Positions 1-15,063 of a stretch of 64,000 nucleotides of DNA are shown here, piece by piece (position 1 is the first letter of the stretch; each line of letters opens with the position of its first letter). The notes beneath the pieces were generated by a model. That model was given only the letters and a program-made list of their open reading frames with translations, made no database searches and was not told the DNA's origin. The position numbers were made by a program, and so were the translations under genes. Source of the stretch: Trichodelitschia bisporula. Taxonomy: Eukaryota. The stretch spans positions 244,153 to 308,152 of the forward strand of contig ML996697.1 of assembly GCA_010356995.1 (NCBI GenBank). The letters are read 5' to 3'.

Positions 1-297
1 GCAGACCTCTCCATGACCGATGCGGCGCAGGCGGGTGCCGAGGAATCTTCTGATGAGGAATCCGAGGACGAGGAGGAGAAGCCCACTCCCAAGGCCAAGA
101 ACGGCGAGATCTCTGAGAAGGAGCAGAGGGCGATGCGCAAGGCTGCTAAGAAGGCCGAGAAGGCAGCGAAGAAGGCTGCTAAGGAGGCAAAGAAGGCCGC
201 TAAGGAGGCAAAGAAGGTGGGCGCCGGTGACAAGCGCAAGCGTGATGAGGATGCCACGACCCCAGAGAAGAAGAAGAAGAAGAAGAGCAAAGCGTGA
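1..297 (+). CDS. 3' end of a nucleolar protein with an acidic then Lys-rich tail (Nop56/Nop58-like), truncated by the window start
   Basis: Frame is open from base 1 to TGA at 295-297. EESSDEESEDEEE is followed by KAAKKAEK repeats, KRKR and KKKKKKSKA, typical of box C/D snoRNP protein tails. The tail alone does not identify the gene. Confidence 0.5.
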   Translation, partial: ADLSMTDAAQAGAEESSDEESEDEEEKPTPKAKNGEISEKEQRAMRKAAKKAEKAAKKAAKEAKKAAKEAKKVGAGDKRKRDEDATTPEKKKKKKSKA

Positions 298-963
298 GCT
301 TGCATCGCACTTGAGGGGTTCTATGGCGTTCGGGCATGGGCTTGTACACTGGGATTGTGGTATTACTGGCGTGAAGGCGTGACACTGGATGGTGGCCTTG
401 GTGTTTTCCAGCCAAGGGACAAGACTTGTCCATAGGAGTGGTCATAAATTTAGTAACTTCAGTATCCAAACGCATGTTCACTGTGCCTCGTTTAATGTGT
501 TTCGATTGCATAGCTTCCGAAGGGCACTGATTCCCTTAGATGGGCGTGTTCGCGGGCAGCCTGTCACCCGCAGTGTACCAAGAATAATGGCCCATGGTTG
601 GCGTAGGGACCAATAGGAGCGCTTCTCTCCATCACCTCAACACAGAATTCTTTCGAAGATTGACTCCGCGACGCCTTTTTCGATATCTTTGCTTTCCACA
701 TCGCTGACCGAACGGAAAGATGCTTACAGTAGTATGTGAATACTGAACCTTTCGTATTTATAGTCTGACTAGCTCGTAAAAGATTTTAATCATTGGCCCA
801 TGAACTCAAGCTCGGCCGAACACCACTTGAAAGTCCAAGTGTGATATTACGTTGTATATCACGGTCCCATTATCGCGTTGTGGGAGTGTCTCGAAGGACA
901 GCATCAACCCGCCAAAGACTTCCTACCTTTTCGTTTCAAGCCTCAACTAATCCGCCACCAACC

Positions 964-1550
964 ATGCTGGCACGCATCACCTACCACTCCTCCATCTCAT
1001 CTCTAACGCATCCAGATCCTCGACCCGGGCACCCAGCCCCTCAGCAACGCCGAAGTCCTCGCCCACATCCAGTCTCTGGATGCAAAGTACGCGCGTGATG
1101 GCCGGACCGAGACGATTCCAGACAACCTACGCAAAGTGATGCGTGACGTAAGTACCTTACCTACCCCCCTCCCCCTCACCTAACCCGCAACCGCTCCCTA
1201 ACGCGCCCCAGGTCAAGTCCATCCTCACGATCCCAACGCAGCCCACTTGCCCGGTGGACACGGCGCCGCTGGTGACGGAGGCACAGAAGGCCGCTGCGCC
1301 GACATTCCGCTCTGAGCGCGTGTTCGCCGCGCTGGCGAGGCGCCTCCGCGCGAAGCCGTTCTCGCTCCTGCCTGCAGAGATCTTGCAGGTGTTCAATCAT
1401 GTGCCGCGGTCGCGGACGGAGTTGACGATGATTGTGCAGGAGGGAGAGGAGCGGTTTGCGGAGGAGGTTTTGGATCAGTGTCTCGATGTCATCAGGGAGA
1501 TTATGGTTGAGGGGAGGGGGCTGGATGTCGTTAATGGCAATGGAGTATAG
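964..1550 (+). CDS. RPC17: RNA polymerase III subunit RPC17 (Rpb4 family); exons 964-969, 1016-1147, 1212-1550
   Basis: Spliced product ML-ILDPGTQPLSNAEVLAHI...LLPAEILQVFNHVPRSRTELTMIVQEGEERF matches the Rpb4/Rpc17 pattern (LSNxEV; LxxxExLQxxN; IVEE...RF). Both introns are phase 0 with CTAAC branch points. Confidence 0.8.
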
Positions 1551-3736
1551 GGTTAGGTGCTGGTAGCGGGTTGGACTTGTCGACGTCCTACTGCTACGTA
1601 CGTACGGATGTACTGACGATGGATAATGCCTATGTGTCCACAATGCCATTTCCCTAAAGCCATGTCTCCTCAGAGCAGCAAAAACCCCCGGTCTTAGATC
1701 TCAGTGCATAAACACAACCACACGAGCAACCTTAATCCCACCGATCACCAAACCCATCATTCCCTCTCCCCATCGGAGACGGCCCCAGCCCCGAACAATC
1801 GTAACCTTATAACCCGCAGCACCTCCGTAAAAAGTCAAAAAGCGCCGCAGTCCGGGATCCTGGATCTCAATCCATCGCCAATACCGCCTGTCGCCCAGCG
1901 CAACCCAGTCTCAGCTGCTCCCCGCGACTCAGTGGCTCAAGGAGGCAACCAAACCTTCTAGCGCGCTTCTCGAATCTCCTCCCGCCACGATGTAAGCACA
2001 GGACGCTTGTTGTCCCCCACGCTGGGGACCCGGGTCTTGAGCGCAGGAGCATGAAAAGGCGGTGTTTCACGCCTGCAACGATCGTTGCGCTGGCGAACGG
2101 GTGTTCGAATATGAAGATCGCGCATACAGCCACCCAGCTCGGATATCTCGCAAAGGGCCCCGCTATGCTACGAGCTTGTGCACAGAGATACGCAATACAC
2201 TGACTGCATGCGGTGGCCGCAAAGAAGCTTTAGGCTAACCGCTTGCGATGCGTGGGATATCGTGGCCAGCCATAGTGGGCGCCGCGATTCGAGGCACGTC
2301 TAGTTGAATGTGCGCCGAGCATTTTGGCTGGGATGGCCTGGATGGGTTGGGCTGGATGCATTTTTCTTGATTTGCGATGCTTGCGATACTGCGCGGGTTC
2401 AGGTGACGCGCTGTTCCGCTGTTCTGTCCTTCATGAGAGCGACGGAGGTCGGCGAGAGCCAAGCACGCGATTGGTGTTAGCCTCGACTTCGGGCCCGGGC
2501 GGGATGTGAGACTTATGTGAAGACGACGATGCGTGGGATTCGAAGCACGCTCTTTTCTGAGCTCGAAGGACTGCCAGCGCAGTTCCATCGTTGGCGGACT
2601 TTTCCCTCCCATGCCCAGGGACTGAGCCCGAACCACTGCGCAACTCCGTCCACAGCGAGCACGTCGTGAATATCGTCATCTCCATCCCACACCCGTCGGC
2701 CCGATCACACTCGGCATGTGCCCACGTGGCCCAGCCACGGAAGTACCTCCGGCACCGGCTCAACGCCATGAAGGGACCGCCACGATACCTGTTCATCGCC
2801 CAGCCGCACCACCACTACTCCATGAATCATGTAGGACTCAGTGCACAATTCATCGTCTTATAGGTGCAACACCCTCATCTCCCGGCGCACGTCATCCCCG
2901 GCCAATCCTCCCCTCCCCAGGGCAATCCCTAACATTCGCACAAGCGAAGCCCGCCCTCCAGCCATAACCATGCGAAACAAACCCATTGGGCCGGTAGGCA
3001 CAGTTGCGAAATCCGCCGGTGCAAAGCTACACCTGCCATGAGATCCCTGCCGGGCCATGCAGCCCTGGCTTAATCGCCTACATATAATACCACTGCCTCA
3101 TCTATCTTCCCCCTTTCTGTGCCCCCATCTCGCGCTCCCTCAAGATTCCCCACCTGCCGTTCATTAATTCTGGCCGTGCCGTTACCCGTCTTTCAGCTTT
3201 CATTCCCTTCCCGCAGGCTCGCTAGGGCCGTAAGTGCCCCTCTCCCCCTCACTAGCGTCAAGATTGGAATTGACGTCCCTCGGCCTGATCCAGCCGAGCC
3301 AAACGCCTCGATCGCGACCTATCACTCCCCGCGCTCTAAAGTGCTCGCCCCGACCCGCACCCCCCAAATGATACCCAAACCCGTCTCATAGTCCCTACAC
3401 AACAAAGGGTATCACGCTCCCTCCCCCAGCGCAATCTATGGCCTCCCTCATCTCATGTCCCGCACCATCCCCCTCACAACCCGGCTTTCGGATCTCTCTA
3501 TACGCGCGGTGACAACCCTAACACCCGGCAATCTAAGACTCCTCCCCCTCCCTCTCCTCCTCCGCCGCAAAACCAGTCCTCTCCTCCGGCTCCTCCACCG
3601 CAAAACAATCCGTCTCTACCGCGCTCTCCTGCTCCGCCTCCTCCGCGAACACCCCTATCTGCTCTACACGCAGAACCCATTCCTCAGCCTTATAACCACC
3701 AGCCGCACGAAGCACCTCCTCCGCCGCCTAGCAACC

Positions 3737-4769
3737 ATGCTCCAACGCCGCGCGTGGGTCCTCCTCCTAGCGGCCCTGAAGCCCATCTTCGCCCGGCCGC
3801 AGCCCGCTCCGGCACCCCAGGCCCCCGCACCAGCATGCTCGCCGCTCGAGCTCGTCATCGGTACGTGAACCGCCGTCCCCATCCGGGGCTCGCTTCGCCC
3901 GCTAACATGTTAGCCCGCGGCACGACCGAGCCATTGAACCCGTCTTACGGGCTCGTGGTCGGCGACCCGCTGTTCGACGCCGTGAAGGCGCTGATCCCGG
4001 ACGTCACGGGGTACAAGGTCGATTACCCGGCGAGCTTTGCCATCGAATCGCGCGACCTGGGCGCGGCGGATGTGGTCAAGCACCTTGCGACGCAGCTGGC
4101 CAAGTGCCCGCAGCAGAAGTATGTGCTGGTCGGATACTCGCAGGGCGGAGACTTGATGCATACGGCGGCTGTGAAGCTGGATCCTGCGGTTAAGCCGAAG
4201 ATCGTGGCGCTGGTTATGTTTGGCGATCCTGGTGCGTTGCGTTGAGGAAAGAGTAGGGATGAGGAGGTGCTAACGGGACCAGGAAATAAGGGCCCCAACG
4301 CGCTGTCACCACTCAACTGCGACAAAGTGCCCGTTTTCCCCGCTGATCTAGCAGCGAAGCTGAAGGAGAACTGCGAAAAGGGTGACCCGGTAAGCCTGCA
4401 AGGACAGATATTCAGCATAATCAGCGCTAATCTCACCAGGTGTGCACAAACGACGGCACAGACTCCGCCAGCCATCTGGTCTACTCAGACCCCGCAAAGG
4501 GGTATATCGCAGCCAGCGCCGCCTACATCCAGAAGCAGTTCACGAGCAACGGCAAAGCGGGCGCCTCGCCGAGCCCCAACGTCGGCACCGGCGACAACAC
4601 CCAGGCGCTTTTGGAGCTCGGGGAGGTTCTGGGCGCAGGCAAGAACGGCGGGCCAGGGTGCGCGGCGATGTTGAACGCGACGGGGACCGGGGGCGCGAAG
4701 GGCACGGGCAGTAGCTCCACAGCGACGACGTCAGCCTCGGCCACGGCGAAGACGTTGTCCGGTATGTAG
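3737..4769 (+). CDS. Secreted cutinase (CE5) with a Gly/Ser/Thr-rich C-terminal extension, 3 introns
   Basis: Signal peptide MLQRRAWVLLLAAL; motifs ARGTTE, YPAS, CPQQKYVLVGYSQG, FGDP, CEKGDP-C and HLVY (Ser-Asp-His triad). Confidence 0.9.
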
Positions 4770-6398
4770 ATAGATGCACCCTCGCTGGGGGGCCGTGTGT
4801 AGAAGCTTTGCTTGAAACCGGCGCCCGAGCCGATGAACACTTTGGCTGATGATCCGTGCAGTGTACACCGGTGCCGCGGCTAGACGCGCCCTATCGGCTT
4901 ATGCGCGGGACGACCCGGCGTGGTGGGGACGAGCGGCGTGGTACGTTGCGCAAGTGGTCGGTGTTGCGGGCGTAGCGGCGATGGTATGATACGACCTATC
5001 GGATGCGGACCACCGGCGGTTCGCTGTCTGCGATTAACGTCTTTTCCAATGATGGACTTCCGAGCTCTGCGCACGGATCAAATGGGGAACACCATACGGC
5101 CGCACCGGACGCCTTGGGGGACACCGATGAGAACAAAAGATTTCTCATAGTTCATGGGTGAGGACCGGCCGAATATGGCGCGGGTGTATTGACTAGAGGA
5201 GACGGGCCGGTTAGTCTTATTGAGGAAGGACCGAGCTTCTGGAAGCACGGCTAATGGGCTCGGCTGCAGATGATATTAGATACTGTTAGAAATGAAATGA
5301 TGAATACCTATTGAGGGAAAAAGTCCTGTGCGAACCTGATCTTCGCAGGGCTGTTAGACTTGAATGCCATGACTTGAGACTAACTAAGATGTGTGTTAGC
5401 TCTGAATGCTGAGCTGGGTGGCTATGTTGATAAGGCTAACGTGTCAACAGATACGGCATTCTGAGTGCTCCACAAGGCTGTCACCGAGGGTTCTCTGAAT
5501 GAAAAGATATAGTTCGTTGATTTTTTGGAATTCGCATCCATTGCTTGATGCCCGGCTGTGCAGCGAGAATCACGAATCATGCCCAAAGATCAGCCTGGCT
5601 TCTCTGACGTAGAGGGACCATAAACTGGGTGACCATATCTATTTTGAGGCACTGGAGTCCGATTGCAGGAATGGGCCATGCATAAGTGGTGCGGGGGAGT
5701 CCGTCGGGGATAGGTCTGATGTTATGAGCACTTCCGGGTTTGGACGTTTCTGGCGAGATGCGAATTCTGTTCCTGAAGGGATCGAGGGGCTGGGTTGAAC
5801 GGCCATGACCCACCTAGATCGGTAACTTCCATGATGCTGCAGGGCAAGACGAGGCCATGAACCTTGTAGCTTTCGCGAGGATCCAGCTTGAAAGCACGAT
5901 GTAAGGGTTGAGGTCAGAGGGAAAAGACACGTTGTTGACATATGGCATCCATGATCCGGCGAAACGTGAACGACACCGTAGTATAAACCGAGCATGTTAA
6001 CGTCAGTGCCTTGTGAGGAAAAGAGCGCGACTCAGGAGGACACAAAACAAGACAGCTTTGTTGAGGATATGGGCGATCATCAAAGGCTAGACAGCCTGAA
6101 TGGCGTACTCCTGTCCGAAGATGCCCAATCTGTTGAGAATGTGGGCGCTCGTTGGAGGCCGGATAAACGTAATAATGTTATCATGTCGGGCGTGTTCAAT
6201 TGTGAGGAAGAGAAGAGTAGGATAGTGGTTGTCGTCGGTCACCACCCGGTCATGTCTCACCAACCGGAGTATGGATTATCGTGAACTCCGGCGTCGAGAT
6301 ATGAGGTGCGGCAGCCTTAGGCATAATTTTATGCCTAATGCCGAGGGGCGCACAGGCATGCAGGCATCCAGATGTGCCTATCGCCTAACGCCGACTGT

Positions 6399-6433
6399 CA
6401 CACAGGCACACAGGCACACAGGCACACACACAG
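6399..6433. repeat. Short tandem repeat (CACAGGCA)n/CA
   Basis: cacaggcacacaggcacacaggcacacacacagg. Confidence 0.7.
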
Positions 6434-7243
6434 GCGTGAAACGGCACAGTCATGACGATGGCTGCACAAAGCACATGATGATAGTCGGAGCCCCCACCGA
6501 AGAGCACGCTCAAATCCCCCAACCACCCCCCCCCCTCCCCCCAGGCTAGCCTCCACTCCGCCAACTCTACTCCCAAGTTTCCCCCTCCTACTCACCCCAC
6601 CTACCGTAACTGCTATCCTACGCCTATTATAAAATCCACATCAAAGTCGCCTTGTTTCCCTTTCACCGTTGTTACCCGTTCCCCGCTGCCCAGTCTTTGA
6701 TCCTAACTGATCTTTCCACCGCTGCTTCTTTGCTGCATCATACAACCTACAAAAAACCCTTCACCTCATATCCCAACTGTTCCCCCACTCCCCGCAACAC
6801 CCACTCCCCCGCTTACCTGAACAAGTCAACGTCAAAATCCGCAGCTAGTCCTCTTGCCCTTCATTCTGTACCCTATCAATCTCTCGGCCCTACCCGCGGC
6901 AAAGCCCTGCCTTTATCCTCCCCCAAATAGTAAACTCTTTGAGCCGCTTCCCTCCGACAGCTCCAACACGGCTTTGCCTTCTCTACCCAAGCGCCTGACA
7001 GGGATTCTACCTCGCGATACGTTCAATTCCTCATCACCCTTGCACATTTGTCTGGTCGCGCTTCCTTATTCCGGCGCATCTGCCGCTTGTTTGCCGGAGC
7101 CGCGTCCGCCGAGCTTCATCGCAAACCGCAACAGGCACCTTTGAAGGCATACTGAGCTCAAGGTGAGCCTTTCCTCACTTGTCCATCCATATACCCCTTA
7201 GAAAGCCCTCATGGACTGGACGTGGTGATCGAAAGCATACTGA

Positions 7244-10030
<2,787 letters not shown>

Positions 10031-10559
10031 AAGACTTTGGGTGCATGACTTTCTTGGGGGTGCTTGTCGGACAGTTCATATGGCTCCTTTGGTGACTTGT
10101 CGAATTCGCTTGATTGTATCATCGGGATTTGTTCGCTTGGCTGAGCTTGGTCAGTATCACTTGCTTGGAGCATATCGGATGTGCGAATACCACTAGGGAT
10201 TATGAAACTTAGGAGCATTAGACCGGTTGTACCTATCTAGTACGGTTAATGGGCCACGGCATGTCATCCAGACTTATTTTGCGCATCGTGACTACATATC
10301 AAGTTTTAGCATAGCAAGAACACATGGTTGCAACAGGGCACGAATCAGCACAGGGCAAAATTTTGGTGGTCAAAGACCTTTCAGATTTCACGACTACGTA
10401 GGGCCTATTCTAAGTCTTTTCAAATCAGCCCGGCACCTTTAGGAAAGCCCATAGGAATACTCCTAGAAATCGAAATTCTGGAATGCGCCAAAGGGTCCCC
10501 ACATTCGCTTAGGCATATTTGAACTTCAAACCCGAGATACTTTGCAGGAAGTAGCTTTT

Positions 10560-12253
10560 CTACCACTCGTCGTCGGTGGCGGTGGCAGCGACGTTGGCAG
10601 CGACGTCCTCGCCGCCAGCTTCGGCAGCAGAAGCGGCATGGGCAACTTCGCTAGGATCGGCAGTGCACGCCCACTGGAAGTGGCCAGCTACAGTACGTTA
10701 GAGAACTATCATGAGTGAGGAGGCTTGGGATTGGGTTCAACTTACTTTTGCCACACTTGGAACAAGGGTTGGTGTTGGCGCCGCCTCCGCTAGGGCAAGA
10801 CTTGGAGAAGTGACCCATCTCACCGCAAGTGTTGCACTTGACGCGGTCTATGTCAAGCGGCAAGGGGCAAGTGCGAGCCGAGTGCCCCACCTGCTGGCAG
10901 TTATGGCAATACGGCTTCTTCGGCTCGCTGCAATCCCGCGAATTGTGGCCCTTCTCTCCGCAGTTGCGACAAGTGGGTTTGGGCTTGTCCGGGCAATCAC
11001 GCGAGAAATGACCCATGTTTCCGCAGGCCTTGCACTCAACGTTCTCCGCCGACTTCGGCTCCGGGCAGTCCGCTGCGACATGGCCAGGCTGCTTGCAGTT
11101 GCGGCATGCAAAGGGATCGTAGCGCTCCTTCGTGCAGTCGCGAGCACGATGGCCGATCTCGTCGCAGATCACACACTTGATCTCGATCCGATCGACGACC
11201 TCAGTCTGCTCTTGCGTGCAGCTCTTGCGAATGTGCCCCAACTCGCCGCAGTTCTCGCACAGGGCAATCTTGCGGTCCATAATGAAGCCGCAGCTCTTGA
11301 GACGCTCGATGTTTTTCTCTGGGGTCTCCGGCCAGCCCTGAGCATAGGCAATGCGCTTCGGCATCGATGAGAAGGTGAAGTTGAGAACGTACTTCTGGTC
11401 CTTGTGACCGCTCACGTTGACGATGGTGAAGTTTTTGGCAACATCCCGCTCCTATATCCAATATTAGAGATAGCGCCAGTCATTGGCAATGTAGTCATAC
11501 CTTGGCGATGAGGTAGACGTTCCGCTTTTCATCGCGGAATGTTCTCTCCATTTCCGAGAGGTCAAGGTCTGGGTTCGACGTATCATCGAGTATGGCCTTC
11601 GCGTACGCCTTGAAAGCCTATAGGGTTCAGTTATGGCTATGGACAGATGTTTGCTCTTACGATCTTGAAGTCCTCCAAGTCCTTTTCCTCATCTGCCTTC
11701 TTCATCGCCACCCAAGCGTCCTCGGCAGTCATGTGGACATCAAGATCATCGTAGATGTCGACACGAAGCTCAGTGCACTGAGCAGCCTTGTGGCCCTGCT
11801 GGTGGCAGATGCGGCAGTTGTCCGGAGGGCGAGTAGGACACTCACGAGAGGAATGGCCCTCTTGTTTGCAATGGTGGCAGGTTCCAGAGAAAGGCTTCGT
11901 GCAATCCGAACGACTGTGGCTGGCATTCTTAGCAGAAGAATCTATAATGGTGAAAGACGATCACTCACCCAACCTCGCCGCAGTTGAAGCACGCGCCCGT
12001 CATCTTCTTGGGCTGGGGGCACTCAGAAGACTTGTGGCCTTCTTCCTGGCAGCTTTGCATGTAAGTGTCCATTGCCTTCTATTTCGCAAGGGACTTACTT
12101 GAAGCACTTCGTGTCATGAGCACCGAAGTCGATCGGGTTGCCGTCCGCGGTGAGGCGCGCGGGACCTAGGTCTACTCGTCGTTTAGGATACCGCTGGAAT
12201 TGGAAGATGAGGAAACACTTACCAGCCTTCTCGTCAGTAATCTCGAAACCCAT
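10560..12253 (-). CDS. Multi-CCHC zinc-knuckle nucleic-acid-binding protein (CnjB-like), about 12 knuckles, multi-exon
   Basis: Repeated CxxCxxxGHxxxxC motifs: 4 N-terminal and 8 C-terminal, separated by a helical linker (AWVAMKKADEEKDLEDFK). ATG at 12253, TAG at 10560-10562. Confidence 0.85.
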
Positions 12254-12702
12254 CTTGTTTGGCGATTCAGGCGTTGGGTACGTGTGTCTGCAAAGGCCGC
12301 ACGTTGATGGTGTGGATGAAGGGTGGATTTTGGAGCGAGAGTAGCCTGGGCAGGATTTTGATAGGGGACGTGGTGTGATGGAGCGGAGGGGGAAGTAGCG
12401 GGGGAAGGAGCGACTTTCTCCTACAGTGTTGAAGGCAAACAATCATCGGGAAGGTGCGAGCAATCGAGCTGCTTCCAGCATTTGTCGATGAAAGGCACCT
12501 AGGTTCGATGTTCCGTCTCTTGGTAATAACGAGCAGCAGTGTAGGCAAATGGGAAAGATGGCATTTTCTAGCCAAAGCAAGTTACCTTGACGTTGTCCCT
12601 AGGCTAAGCAAATGTGATGTCGCGGCGGGCATAGTCTAGGACGGTGAGCTTGCACCTTCAGAGAAGGTTGCTATGCAAACATACCATCTGCAGCTTGCCA
12701 TC

Positions 12703-13494
12703 TCAAGCGCTCCGCTCCCCGTAGCAGAGCAAGAAGGGAAACGACATAGTTCCGCCCGCTACACCTTCGGTCGGCTTGTCCATTGTAAACGCAGTTTCAA
12801 TTCGGACATTTTCAAATCCTGCTTCTTTGAGTTGTGCCTCTACCAGATCTCGCTGAACGCCGTGCCGCTCAACGCCTTCCATCTTGCTTTCGGGGTGAAA
12901 TTTACGAGCTTCCGGTCCATAATCCTCAAAATCTGTCAAAGCAACCATGCCGCTTGGCTTTAGCGCCTGATACATTACCTTAAAAAGCATACCAAGGTCC
13001 GGAACATGATGGAGAACGAGGTGCGAGGTGATGATATCAAAGCGTTTCGGCGTGTCCGCTACATCTCGGATACGCGCATCGTCCGCATCTTCGAGCAGAG
13101 CGCAAACGGGCTTGACGTTGGTTCCGCCGGTTTGTACCGCCAGTTTTGACTGCAGCACCGAGATCATTCCTGGAGAGGGGTCGACCGCGGTAAGCGACTT
13201 CACATGCGGGGCGAGTAGGAGAGACAAAAGCCCTGTGCCGCAGCCAATTTCGAGTACTTCCAATTCTACGAGACGTTAGACGATGTCCAAAGGTACAACC
13301 AGATTAGACAGAATCAACATTGACCGAGAAATCGCCATAAGGGTTGCCGGGGAATTGGAATGCATACCACTTCCACGAGATTCGAGAGCTGCAACATGAG
13401 TCCGGAGTGCGTCAAATGCCTTCTTGCTGCTTGCAACTGTGAACGGTTTGCTATCCCATTCCGCTGCCTCCTCATCGAATCGTGATGGAGTCAT
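12703..13494 (-). CDS. Class I SAM-dependent methyltransferase; intron approx. 13266-13367
   Basis: RFDEEAAEWD N-terminus, LEIGCGTG motif I, FDIITSHLVLHHV, LKPSG. Confidence 0.9.
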
Positions 13495-15063
13495 TGCTAT
13501 GAGACGTTCAGATGCGAATACAGATGTATATGGCACGTTGTCAGTTATTGTCGATGAGAGGAGTGAATGTGAGGTGAGATGGTCGCGGCTACGCCAGCCC
13601 TAGTTCTAGTTTGGATGGAGCACCCTAAAAATAGAACTCTGTATTCCAATCAGAAGCCGACGTCATGTCGAGACACCTCCACTCTTGGGCATCTATAAAT
13701 GTTTGAGAAAATCAACTGTCGTCGGTATGAAAGCGCCCTCACTGCACAAGTACTAGAGTACAACATAAGATCAGAGCGAACTCCTATTCAAGTGGGCAAA
13801 ACAGCTGCAGCTCTGATTCCCTGCAGTCAGCTGAAAGAGCACTACTACGTACACGAGAGCCAGAGCTGAGATGTCTCTCACCCAGGACTCGGATGACAGC
13901 AAATTACTACAACAAAATCCCAAAGTGCATGTGTAACAGGAAGCCTGAAACATTGTCAGTGAATGCTTCTTAGGTCGGTGCAAGAGGTGGTTGCATGAAG
14001 AGTATAGATATGAAAATTCATCGTCGCTGCTCATAGGTTCACTCGGTCTGTAGGGTCGCTGTTAAGCGGATGGCCACGATGCTGTTGCAGGCGGCTTGGC
14101 CGCTGACGAGCTGAATGTTGGTGCAGCTTTGCGGTCTAGATCACCACATGCAGTGCCGACGAGGGCGAACTGGGTAAAGAGAGGGGATGCGGTACGCGAG
14201 CGTACCTAAGGCCTCAGGGAGTTTTACTCAGTACCACTGCAAGGCTAGGTGACCGTAGCGATAGGCGGTTATATGGACAAGTTTAGGGCCGCATCGTGAC
14301 AAAGAGTAGGAGCGAACGCAGCTGCATGCGTGTACAGACACAGGCCGCATATTTTCATATCTTGAAAGATCAGACCTTGCAAGCACATACGTACTAATAA
14401 AATATACTCCTAGATTATGGCAAGGATTTGAGGGATGCGTGCTAGAGTTGGCAAGCATCGATGAATGATGCAGTGCACCAGGGCAACGTGAAGTTTATCA
14501 ACAGCAACAAGGCCAGAGGTGAAACGAGGCCATATTGCCGGGATCTGCTTCAGCCCCACGAGGGATGTGGCTGTGCTACGTTGTTCTTATGGGGCGGGCA
14601 GTGCTAGGGCCATCTTGCGGCCAGGGGAGCGGTCGCAAGAGGAGGCGCTCCACCTCTGATTGGCTGTTGCAGGGGCAATACGCGTGCCAAACTGCGCCTG
14701 CGAGGAAGCGTTGTGCTTGCGGCGACGTCTGGCGTTGTTCACCCCCCATCTCCCCCCCGAAATCTCAGCCCTCGCAGCACTCACTTATTATCGCTATTTC
14801 TCCACAGTTATCTCAATTCCCATTACTCGCTTCTTCTCATCTTACCGTTCGCGTGATCACAATACTTGCGAATCCTCCCACCAGGTGGGAGATACGTCTA
14901 TCGGTGGCCCCTCTTAGCTGTCCCACTTCAACTTGAAACCCGCGACGGTCCTTTGGTTTAAGAAGTCCAACCAAACCAAGACGAAGCGCCGCTCAGATTC
15001 GCCAAATCCCCGGATTGCCTCCGTCACAGATTCTCAGGGCACTCCTGGAGGCTCGGATAGATC

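Noticed and set aside
1704..3700. Numerous short overlapping ORFs between RPC17 and cutinase
   Set aside because: No domains or consistent splice structure; expected in GC-rich intergenic DNA.
5297..5405. ATGATGA...CTGA resembling C/D-box snoRNA motifs
   Set aside because: No terminal stem or recognisable rRNA guide found; the motifs are too short to support without an Rfam/snoscan search.
10711..11370. 219-aa plus-strand ORF
   Set aside because: Antisense to the zinc-knuckle gene.
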